Of a stretch of 64,000 nt of DNA, positions 41,369 to 49,350 are shown piece after piece (positions within the stretch are counted from its first letter, which is position 1; every line of letters begins with the position of its first letter). The notes below the pieces were generated by a model. That model ran no database searches. It was not told the DNA's origin and worked only from the letters and a program-made list of their open reading frames with translations. The stretch lies in the NCBI GenBank assembly GCA_963701965.1, contig OY969695.1, positions 1,568,001-1,632,000 of the forward strand. Direction: 5' to 3'. Position numbers and translations under genes: made by a program. Origin of the DNA: an uncultured Gemmatimonadales bacterium (GTDB lineage Bacteria; Gemmatimonadota; Gemmatimonadetes; Gemmatimonadales; Gemmatimonadaceae).

Positions 41369-42592
41369 TTACCGCGCGACGAGCGCCGTGGCCGCCAGGT
41401 CGCCCGTCACGTTGAGCACCGTCGCGAAGAGGTCGGGAATCGTGTCGACCGCGATGAGGATCCCGATTCCCTGAGCCGGCAGGCCGATGGCGAGGAAGAG
41501 CGGGGTCAGCATCAGGAACGCGCCGCGCGGCACGCCGGGCGCGGCGAACGTGAAGAACACGCCCGCGACGGCCACCGTCGCCAGTTCTTGCGGATGCAGC
41601 GTGACGCCGTAGAACCAGGCGACGAACAGGGCACCCACCGTCCACGAGATGGGCGTCGCGATCTTGAACATGGAGACCGCGAGCGGCACCACGAACCCGA
41701 CCACGCGCTCGGGCAATTCCAGATCGCGCTCGGCGCCCTCGATGAGCGCCGGCAGGGCGGCGATCGAGGAGCTGGAGCTGAACGCGATCATCTGGGCCGG
41801 GAACGCCGCCTTGGCAAAGCGCCGCATGGGGATCTTTCCGACCACAGCAACCACGGGGTACAAAAGAAGCGCGGCGGCCAGACTGGCGATCGAATAGGCG
41901 GCAATGTACACGCCGACCGCGCCCGCGAGGGCGGCGCCGCTCCGCGCCGCCAGTGGGAGAATCAACGCGAAGACCCCGATCGGCGCCGCGGCGATGACCC
42001 ACCGCACCAGCACCAGCATGGCATCGCGGAGCGCCGCGAAAAACCCGATCAGGCGCTCGCGCGCGGCCTCCGGGCTCCGGGCGATGGCCAACGCCAGCAG
42101 GAGCGTGAAGATGATGAGCGGCACGATAGCGCCGTTGGCCGCCGCGGCGATGGGATTGGACGGGATCAGCGACGTGAGCCACCCGCTGACCGACGGCGCG
42201 CCACCGCCGGCATCCAGCTGCGCGGCCGCCTCGGCGGCGCCAGCCGGCAGCGGCTGCAGGCCGGCGACCGAATGCGGCAAGGCGAAGAAGGCGAGCGCGG
42301 TGGCGACCGCGAAGATCACGGCCACGCCGCCGAGGAGCGCCACGAACACGGCGAGGGTCCGCCCGCCGATTCGTCCGATCGCTTTGAGATCGGTGGCCGA
42401 GGCGACGCCCGTGATCAGTAGCGCGATCACGAGCGGGATCACCGTCATGCGAATGGCGTTGACCCACAACGTCCCAATGGGGACGAGGATGTCGGCCGCG
42501 CGCAGCAACGTGGCGTTGCCCGAAGCGGCGATCGCGATTCCCAACGCGAGCGCCACCACGAGGGCCAGGAGCACTTTGGCACCGTCGGTCAT
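41369..42592 (-). CDS. Dicarboxylate/amino acid:cation symporter (DAACS)
   Basis: AIRMTVIPL, LIPSNP, APIGVF, AFSSSSSIAALP, PGVP, TVLNVTGD. Confidence 0.9.
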   Translation of the reverse strand: MTDGAKVLLALVVALALGIAIAASGNATLLRAADILVPIGTLWVNAIRMTVIPLVIALLITGVASATDLKAIGRIGGRTLAVFVALLGGVAVIFAVATALAFFALPHSVAGLQPLPAGAAEAAAQLDAGGGAPSVSGWLTSLIPSNPIAAAANGAIVPLIIFTLLLALAIARSPEAARERLIGFFAALRDAMLVLVRWVIAAAPIGVFALILPLAARSGAALAGAVGVYIAAYSIASLAAALLLYPVVAVVGKIPMRRFAKAAFPAQMIAFSSSSSIAALPALIEGAERDLELPERVVGFVVPLAVSMFKIATPISWTVGALFVAWFYGVTLHPQELATVAVAGVFFTFAAPGVPRGAFLMLTPLFLAIGLPAQGIGILIAVDTIPDLFATVLNVTGDLAATALVAR

Positions 42593-42610
42593 GGGGGTGT
42601 CAGTCGTGCG

Positions 42611-43366
42611 CTACATCATGAGGTCGCCGCCGTTGATATCGAACGACGCGCCCGTGATGTAGCCGGCCGCCTCCGAGGCCGCGAAGCAGATCAGGTCTGC
42701 GACTTCGAGTGCGGTGCCGAGTCGCGGCACCGGGTAACCCGCCGCCAAACGTTCGAGCAGGCTCTGATCCGCGCTCTCGCGCGTGAGCTCGGTGTCGATC
42801 ATGCCCGGGCAGACCGCGTTCACGGTGATCCCGAACTTGCCCAGCTCTTTGGCCGCGGCCCGCGTGAATCCCAGCAACCCCGTCTTGGACGTCGTATAAT
42901 GCGCGCCGCCGAGCGTGCTGACCATACGCCCGGCCGTCGAAGAGATGTTGATGATCCGGCCGTACTGCTGCCGTTTCATCGCCGGCAGGACGGCCTTGGT
43001 GAGCAGGAAGGGCGCCGTGAGGTTCACTTCCAGCGTCTCGCGCCATTCTTCGGCCGAGAGATCGTCGAACCGGGTGGTGCGCGCCGCGGCGGCGTTGTTG
43101 ATCAGGATGTCCACGCGGCCAAATCGCTCGAGGGTCTGCTGGACGATCGCCGCGGGCAAGCCCGGCGCGGCAATGTCGCCGGGCACCGGAAGCGCCCGTT
43201 CGCCGAGTGCGCGACACACGGCGACAGCCCGTTCGCGATCGCGCACGTTGACGGCGACCGCGGCGCCACGCTCGTAGAGACGCTCGCAGGCGGCGCGACC
43301 CAATCCCCGCGCGGCCCCGGTGACGATGGCGACGCGGCCGGCGAAATCCACCGGGGGATTACTCAC
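42611..43366 (-). CDS. SDR family oxidoreductase
   Basis: TGAARGLG, NNAA, YTTSK, DINGG. Confidence 0.92.
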   Translation of the reverse strand: MSNPPVDFAGRVAIVTGAARGLGRAACERLYERGAAVAVNVRDRERAVAVCRALGERALPVPGDIAAPGLPAAIVQQTLERFGRVDILINNAAAARTTRFDDLSAEEWRETLEVNLTAPFLLTKAVLPAMKRQQYGRIINISSTAGRMVSTLGGAHYTTSKTGLLGFTRAAAKELGKFGITVNAVCPGMIDTELTRESADQSLLERLAAGYPVPRLGTALEVADLICFAASEAAGYITGASFDINGGDLMM

Positions 43367-45203
43367 TCGCGTGCCGAAACACGAAGCGTCGAGTGGCGAT
43401 CTGGCTTACGGGGCAGCGGCCCACGAGTGCCGGTTGATAGAGGGCGGCGTTGAGCGAGTCGGCGGCGGCCACGGTGAGCGAGTCCATGTCCGCGGGCGAG
43501 CCGACGCGGTGGACGGTGGGAAGGACCGGGTGCCCGGTGTCATCCACGACGAACTCAATGAACGCCGTGTCGCCGGCGACCGGGGACGCCGGCGCGAGCG
43601 GCAGCGTCGGGCCGCGCGTCAGGAGCCAGGACGGCGCTTGCACGTGCGCAAAGGGGACGCTCGTCAGGGTGTCGGTCTCGGGGGTCGTCGAGACCGAGAG
43701 CATGACCGTCTGGTTCGCGAGGCTCTTCGACGCCGCCCCTCGCGCGGCCAGGGTCACGGCGCTATCGACATCGGACGAGAGCGACGTCGTGACCACGCGG
43801 ACGTCTTCCACGATGCCGCCCGCGTTGAGCGTGAGCGCATACCGGCCGAAGATGCCGGGAGAGACGCGGACCGCGCCGCGGCCCGCCGCATCCCGCGCCG
43901 AGGCAGGCGCGGGGTACCCGAACGTGTCGAGATCCAGCGTCGAGGGGAGCGACATGTGCGACTGGATCGACAGCAGCAACGATCGGGCGGCGGCCCCCCA
44001 TACCGCGGCATCCGCGCCGGGTGGTCGCAGCAGCGTGCCGGTGAAAGACTCGACGATATTCTGTGGGGGCGGCGGCGTGCACGCGCGCGTCGCGCTCGTG
44101 GCGAAGGTCGCCTGGGCCACGATGGTGTGGACCGTGGCCGCACCCGCGAGCGTGTCGTGGACCGACGGGTCGACCGGCGCCTCGCGAATGAAATTGTAGT
44201 CGACGACGCGCCCGTCTTCGATCGACTCGCCGCCGGGTTGCTGGACGATCGAGTGGAACGCTGCCGCGACGGGGACGAGGGGGACGACCTCGCGATACGT
44301 GGTCGAGTACGTCCAGTCCCGGATCCGCGCCTCGCGGGAGCGGGTGAGGTGGAAGACCGCGCGTTCCAGGATGTACTTGTCGGGATCCAAGTAGAGCGAG
44401 CCTTCAATGTCCGGGGTCGGGATGGACACCGCCGGCCGGAAATCGACTTCGATCGGCTGGCCCGGATCGTGGTCGGCGATCGTAAAGCAGTGGGTTTGCT
44501 CGAACTCCAGATCGCCAATGTCTTGGAACTGCACCAGGTGCATGAAGCTGGTCATGCCGCCGTGCCGGCCCATCCCCTCGGACACGACCCGACCGGGCTC
44601 GTACCGCTCGTCGCTCCAACTATCGATGTTGACCGTGTCCCCGTCGACGACATGGTCGCCGGTCGCATCGCGCGCCATCCACTGGTCGATCCGGTGATAC
44701 CGAAACGGGTACTCGGTCTCCAGGATGTGCAACCGTAGGACGTTCTCGCGGACCTGCGCGAAGATCTGGGCCAGCTCCGGATCGACCGTGCTGTCCGGCA
44801 CGCCCGGTTTGACGCAGTCGCGCGACCCCTTGGCGCGTACCGTGATACGCGCCAGGCGGGCGACATGCTTGAGGCGGACCGTCACCGTGGTGACGACGCC
44901 GGCGCGGACCTGGACCGTGGTATCCGCCGGCGAGTAGCCGATCTGGCGGGCGCGCACGTGATACGCGCCCGGCTCCAGGCGGGTGAAGATGAAGGCGCCG
45001 GCGCTATCGGCAAAGCGCGAACCGCCGGTGGGCGTCAGGGTCACCGTGGCGTACGGCACGCCGACTGGCTGGTCCTGAAACACCACGCGCCCCGCGAGAC
45101 TGCCCGTCGCGTCGGGACTGGATGGCGGCGTGCCCTGCGCCGACACGGTTGGTGCGGCCAGGAACAGGAGCACGAGCGGCGCGGCCGCGAGAGCACTTCG
45201 CAT
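43359..45203 (-). CDS. Exported protein with CarboxypepD_reg-like N-domain and TonB_C-like C-terminal domain(s)
   Basis: Signal peptide; GSLAGRV...ADSAGAF.F..LEPGAYHVRARQIGY; C-terminal FIEFVVDDTG...YQPALVGRCPVSQIATRRFVF. Confidence 0.7.
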   Translation of the reverse strand: MRSALAAAPLVLLFLAAPTVSAQGTPPSSPDATGSLAGRVVFQDQPVGVPYATVTLTPTGGSRFADSAGAFIFTRLEPGAYHVRARQIGYSPADTTVQVRAGVVTTVTVRLKHVARLARITVRAKGSRDCVKPGVPDSTVDPELAQIFAQVRENVLRLHILETEYPFRYHRIDQWMARDATGDHVVDGDTVNIDSWSDERYEPGRVVSEGMGRHGGMTSFMHLVQFQDIGDLEFEQTHCFTIADHDPGQPIEVDFRPAVSIPTPDIEGSLYLDPDKYILERAVFHLTRSREARIRDWTYSTTYREVVPLVPVAAAFHSIVQQPGGESIEDGRVVDYNFIREAPVDPSVHDTLAGAATVHTIVAQATFATSATRACTPPPPQNIVESFTGTLLRPPGADAAVWGAAARSLLLSIQSHMSLPSTLDLDTFGYPAPASARDAAGRGAVRVSPGIFGRYALTLNAGGIVEDVRVVTTSLSSDVDSAVTLAARGAASKSLANQTVMLSVSTTPETDTLTSVPFAHVQAPSWLLTRGPTLPLAPASPVAGDTAFIEFVVDDTGHPVLPTVHRVGSPADMDSLTVAAADSLNAALYQPALVGRCPVSQIATRRFVFRHASE

Positions 45204-45284
45204 GATTGAACCTTAAAATACGACTTCACGCGCCGCACGCCGATCGTTGGCGGCACACCCCAAGTCCAAGTACTACCCCGGCGC

Positions 45285-45316
45285 GCAGCCAACGGGCCGC
45301 GCGGTGCAGCCAACGG
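45285..45316. promoter_or_regulatory. Direct repeat, putative LytTR binding site
   Basis: GCAGCCAACGG at 45285-45295 and 45306-45316 (21-bp period) in the divergent region beside the LytS/LytTR pair. Confidence 0.65.
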
Positions 45317-45347
45317 AGGCGGGCCCGGGGGCGGCCGAGGGTAAGTT

Positions 45348-46436
45348 ATGAGTCACCCCACTATGCGTTCCCTACGCTCGATCGCCGGCATCACGGTGCT
45401 GTGGACAATTCCCGGCCTGACGTCGGCGCTGGAAACGAGCGCCTATGCGCGCGCCCTGGGGCGGCATGTGGCGCTCACGACGCTGCTTGCGCGCGTCACG
45501 CCGTGGTATGTCTGGGCGCTGGCCACGCCGATCGTCGTCGGGCTGGTCCGGCGCGCGGGTGTGTCCTGGCCGCCGCGGGCGCGCACGGTCGCCATCCATA
45601 TCGCGCTGGGATGCCTCATCGCCAGCGTCCATACGCTCGTGTATACGGCGTTGGTTCGCGCCGTGCCCCTCAACGGCCCACCCGCGCTGTCGTTCGGCCG
45701 GAACGTGGCCACGGAGTTCCTCGGCTGGGCCCCCGTGTCGCTGCTCGCGTACGCCGCACTCCTCGGCGTCGGCGCCGTACTGGTGCTGTCGGACCAGGCC
45801 GTCGAGACGGCGCGGCGGGCCGCGGCGCTGGAGGGCGCTTTGGCCACCGCTGAGTTGGCCGCCCTCCGTTCGCAAATCCAGCCGCATTTCGTGTTCAACG
45901 TCCTGAACACCATCGGCGCTTTCGTGCGCGAGGGGGATCAGCGGCGGGCCCTGCGGACGATCGAGCTGTTCGGCGATGCATTGCGCACGGTCTTGCGGAG
46001 CGAGTCCGCGCATCTCGTGCCCTTGGCCGACGAGCTCGCGGCCCTCCGCCACTACGTGGAAATCGAGGAGACGCGATACGAAGACCGCGTCTCCGTGCGC
46101 TGGTGCGTCGACCCGGCCCTCGGCGGCCATGCCGTCCCCGCCCTCATCTATCAGCCAGTCGTCGAGAACGCGTTCCGGCACGGCGTCGGCCGCCGCGTCG
46201 GCCCCTCGATCGTCGAGATCGGCGCCCGGACGGATGCTGGCCAACTGACCCTCTGGGTCCGCGAGTCCGGCGGGGCAGCCGATGCGCCCGCGATCGCCAA
46301 CGCCCTCGAGTCCAACGGCATTGGCCTGAGCAACACGGCGGCCCGTCTGCGGGCGCTCTACGGATCGGCCGGACGCGTCGTGCTGCGCGCCGAGGACGCC
46401 GGCAGTCTGGCCGAGATCCAGATCCCGCTCGCATGA
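45348..46436 (+). CDS. LytS/YehU-type sensor histidine kinase
   Basis: About 4 TM helices; ALRSQIQPHFVFNVLN; QPVVENAFRHG; GIGLSN. Confidence 0.92.
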   Translation: MSHPTMRSLRSIAGITVLWTIPGLTSALETSAYARALGRHVALTTLLARVTPWYVWALATPIVVGLVRRAGVSWPPRARTVAIHIALGCLIASVHTLVYTALVRAVPLNGPPALSFGRNVATEFLGWAPVSLLAYAALLGVGAVLVLSDQAVETARRAAALEGALATAELAALRSQIQPHFVFNVLNTIGAFVREGDQRRALRTIELFGDALRTVLRSESAHLVPLADELAALRHYVEIEETRYEDRVSVRWCVDPALGGHAVPALIYQPVVENAFRHGVGRRVGPSIVEIGARTDAGQLTLWVRESGGAADAPAIANALESNGIGLSNTAARLRALYGSAGRVVLRAEDAGSLAEIQIPLA

Positions 46437-47218
46437 GTACCGTCGTCTCGCGGGATCTGCGCGCGATCGTCGCCGACGACGAGCCGGCCGCGCGACGCGG
46501 GCTCGGCCAGGTCCTGGCTCAACTTGGCGTACAGGTCATCGCCGATACCGCCGACGGACCGTCCACGATCGAAGCCGTCATCGCGCATCGCCCCGACGCG
46601 CTCTTCCTCGACGTGCAGATGCCGGGCCTCACGGGCATCGACGTCTGCGACGCCCTCATCGCGCGCGGGGTGCCGATGCCGCGCCTCGTGTTCGTCACCG
46701 CGTACGACACGTTCGCCATTCGCGCGTTCGAGCTCAACGCGCTCGATTATCTGCTCAAGCCCATCGTCGAGGACCGCGTCCGGGCCGCGGTCGCGCGGTG
46801 CCGCGACGCGTCGGCCTCAGTCGAGGACCGCGATCTGCGCCTCCGCCTGGAGGCGCTCATGCGACCGGCCGCGCCCCCGCAGCGGCTGGTGATCCCCGAG
46901 GGCTCGCGCGTGGTGGTCGTGCCGGAATCGGAGGTCGTCTGGATCGAGGCCGACGACTATTACGTCACCGTGCACACCACCGCGCGCTCCCATCTCTGGC
47001 GGGAGTCGCTCTCGGCGCTCGAAGCCCGCCTCGACCCGATCGCCTTCGTCAGAGTCCACCGCTCGGCCATCGTCCGGATCGATCAGGTGCGCGAGCTGCG
47101 TCGGGCTGCCGATGGCGGCGCCGTCCTGCGCGTCGCCACCGGCCACTCCGTGCCCATCAGCCGCTCGCGGCGCGCCGAGGTGAAGGCCCGCTTCGGGCAG
47201 CTTCCGCGAAGACCCTAG
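46433..47218 (+). CDS. LytTR-family response regulator
   Basis: ATG 46433 (ATGA overlap). DDE, FLDVQMP, TAYD, DYLLKP, FVRVHRSAIV, ISRS. Confidence 0.93.
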   Translation: MSTVVSRDLRAIVADDEPAARRGLGQVLAQLGVQVIADTADGPSTIEAVIAHRPDALFLDVQMPGLTGIDVCDALIARGVPMPRLVFVTAYDTFAIRAFELNALDYLLKPIVEDRVRAAVARCRDASASVEDRDLRLRLEALMRPAAPPQRLVIPEGSRVVVVPESEVVWIEADDYYVTVHTTARSHLWRESLSALEARLDPIAFVRVHRSAIVRIDQVRELRRAADGGAVLRVATGHSVPISRSRRAEVKARFGQLPRRP

Positions 47219-47673
47219 CGGACAGTTTTTTCCGCGGGCTTGAACTCCGTGTGCTGCGAGTAGATCGCATGCCACGACCCGTGCTCCAGCACGAACACAT
47301 TGGCGCTCATCGACGTATCCGGCCGCTGGAACGTGGCGACGGCAATGGTCCCATGGATGACGACATTGGGCGTTTGGGACACTTGCGGCTCCGGATCATT
47401 ACGCGCCGCATGCTGCACGGCGTGATTCAGGATCGCGGCGCGATCGATGACGCCCCGGTAGCTGACGCTCCGATATTCGGGCAAGATCATCTGACGCAGG
47501 AACGCCGTGTCGCCGTGAAACTCGGCGTCGAGCCAGTGCTTTTCGACCTGCTGGACGGCGGCCACGTCAGACGGTGGATGCGCCGTCGCGCGCGCGCGGC
47601 TGGCGGCGATCACCGCCATCGGGACAAAGAGCGCCGTGAGCAGGCGCGGCTGAAAGAATGGGCTGAGAGTCAT
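47215..47673 (-). CDS. Exported NTF2-like (DUF4440) protein
   Basis: Signal peptide; E..W..A...GD..FL; VVIHGTIAV; VFV...GSW. Confidence 0.7.
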   Translation of the reverse strand: MTLSPFFQPRLLTALFVPMAVIAASRARATAHPPSDVAAVQQVEKHWLDAEFHGDTAFLRQMILPEYRSVSYRGVIDRAAILNHAVQHAARNDPEPQVSQTPNVVIHGTIAVATFQRPDTSMSANVFVLEHGSWHAIYSQHTEFKPAEKTVR

Positions 47674-47737
47674 GCCACGAACCCTACGTCGCGGGCCACG
47701 GCCGTCGTCTACGCTGGGCGACCGGTGCAGCGAACCG

Positions 47738-48664
47738 TCAACCCGGCGCCGACAGTGCAGCCGCGCGCGCCTCGGCTACGGTGGCCACGATCTCGGCGAT
47801 CACACGGGAATCGAGCAGTATGTCGTGCGGAGCGCCCGGCAGCTCGACCAAGTGGACGGCGACCCCGCGTGCCCGGAGCCGCGCGGCGTACGCCCGGCTC
47901 AACGACGGCGGCGCGAGGTCGTCCGCGGTGCCGACGACCACATGCACGATGGTCTTCGGATCGACCCCGTCGGCCAACGCTTGCGGTGAGAGACTCCACG
48001 CGGGGATGAACCACCACGGATTCTGCTGCAGCGCCGCCATGTGGCGTCGCCAGGGACCGAGGTCGCACGGACAGGAGACGAGCACGGCGGCATCGACGAG
48101 ACCGGGATGGCGGCCGATGATGTCGCCGGTAATCGCCGAGCCGCCGGAATGCCCGACCACGATGACATGCGCCGGCTGATAGGTCTGCTTGAGCGCAGCA
48201 ATCGCGCTGCTCAAAGCATCGACGATGGACGGCGTGTAATTCTCCCCGAGCGCCGCCCCGCGGCGCCCGCTGGATCGCCGCCCTTCGCTGTCCGTGTACC
48301 CCGGCCTGAGCAGCGCGACGCTCACGACACTGTCCGCGCCCTGGCTGATGCCGCGCGCGGCCGCATACTGGTAGCCGGGATTCACGAACGGCGCATCCCC
48401 GTGCAGCACGACGACGAGATCGGGATGCGCCCCCGGCGTCGCGCTGCGGTACGTGTGCGCCGCCAGACATTCGGCGCCCGCCTTGACCCAGAGATCCGTG
48501 ACTGGCTCCTGGCATGCCGTGGGATCGCTCGCCGCCCGATAGCGCTCCTTGGCGCCGAGCCACGCGACCTGGACGAGCACGTACGCGATGAGCGCGAGGC
48601 CAGCGATGCGCAAGACGATCCTGCGCCAGGCGCGCGGGCGCACCAGTGGGAGCTGCGGGGACAT
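47738..48664 (-). CDS. Membrane-anchored alpha/beta hydrolase
   Basis: N-terminal TM helix; VVLHGD, LRPGY, GHSGG nucleophile elbow, GTADD, H. Confidence 0.85.
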   Translation of the reverse strand: MSPQLPLVRPRAWRRIVLRIAGLALIAYVLVQVAWLGAKERYRAASDPTACQEPVTDLWVKAGAECLAAHTYRSATPGAHPDLVVVLHGDAPFVNPGYQYAAARGISQGADSVVSVALLRPGYTDSEGRRSSGRRGAALGENYTPSIVDALSSAIAALKQTYQPAHVIVVGHSGGSAITGDIIGRHPGLVDAAVLVSCPCDLGPWRRHMAALQQNPWWFIPAWSLSPQALADGVDPKTIVHVVVGTADDLAPPSLSRAYAARLRARGVAVHLVELPGAPHDILLDSRVIAEIVATVAEARAAALSAPG

Positions 48665-48670
48665 GGGGGC

Positions 48671-48710
48671 AAAAATACACGAAAGCCCGGGATCGCTCCC
48701 GGGCCTTCGC
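48671..48710 (-). terminator. Intrinsic terminator
   Basis: Minus strand GCGAAGGCCCGGGA-GCGA-TCCCGGGCTTTCGT then GTATTTTT; ends 6 nt before the hydrolase ATG. Confidence 0.8.
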
Positions 48711-48826
48711 TGGCTCGAACGAGTTGACCGTTACCCGGCCGCGCTTTTGCCGGTCTTGTCACTCTGATTTCTCAATGCGACAGGCGGTGCGCTCTCCGCC
48801 TTTCAACAGTCGGTTCTCGTCTCGCC
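48711..48826 (-). ncRNA. Candidate structured RNA (four-way junction), family not recognised
   Basis: Closing stems ACGAG/CUCGU and GACUGUU/AACGGUC enclose three hairpins, one with a GAAA tetraloop. TAAGAT -10-like box upstream; terminator downstream. Confidence 0.6.
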
Positions 48827-48892
48827 ATCTTAGACGTTAATCAAAGGTGATGTGCTCCACAAGCTCAGCCACGGGCTAGCGGCCTGGAGCGG

Positions 48893-49306
48893 TCACACGT
48901 AGCGCGAGATGGCCATGGAGATGACCGTGACCATGAGCAGCGCCGCGGCAGCCCGTTCGGCGCTGGCGATCCGCCGCCGGATCATCGACGCGTCCGTCGG
49001 GTTGGCCGCGGACGCCGCCAATCGCCGCGTGGCCGGCAGGACGACTGCCTCCTGCAGGCCGGCGGCGATGATCGCGCAGACGGCGCCGAGCGCTAGCACG
49101 GCCTCCGTCAGGTGAAAGCTATAGCGATGCACGAGGCCCCACATCACGAGCCCCGCAATAAGCGTCAACGTTGCCGCGCCCATTTGCGGCCGGGCCAGCT
49201 GTTCGGCTCCGGCTCCGCCGTTGCGCGCCAGCACGAACGTCGACCCAGCCCAGAACACCCCGGCCACGACGTGGACCGCGATCACGACACTAAGTAGGAT
49301 TTGCAT
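48893..49306 (-). CDS. Small 4-TM membrane protein
   Basis: Start trimmed to ATG 49306. HVVAGVFWAG; four hydrophobic segments. Confidence 0.75.
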   Translation of the reverse strand: MQILLSVVIAVHVVAGVFWAGSTFVLARNGGAGAEQLARPQMGAATLTLIAGLVMWGLVHRYSFHLTEAVLALGAVCAIIAAGLQEAVVLPATRRLAASAANPTDASMIRRRIASAERAAAALLMVTVISMAISRYV

Positions 49307-49350
49307 TGCCAATGAGTATAGCTCCTTTGTCGACGAGGCCAGGGCGCGCA

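Noticed and set aside
48676..48695. + strand ACACGAAAGCCCGGGA resembling the 3' end of ykkC/guanidine-I riboswitches
   Set aside because: The upstream CUAGGGUUCC core is absent; the sequence is one arm of the minus-strand terminator.
48831..48844. FNR-like box TTGAT-TAAC-GTCTA upstream of the candidate RNA
   Set aside because: The second half-site has two mismatches; too weak to call.
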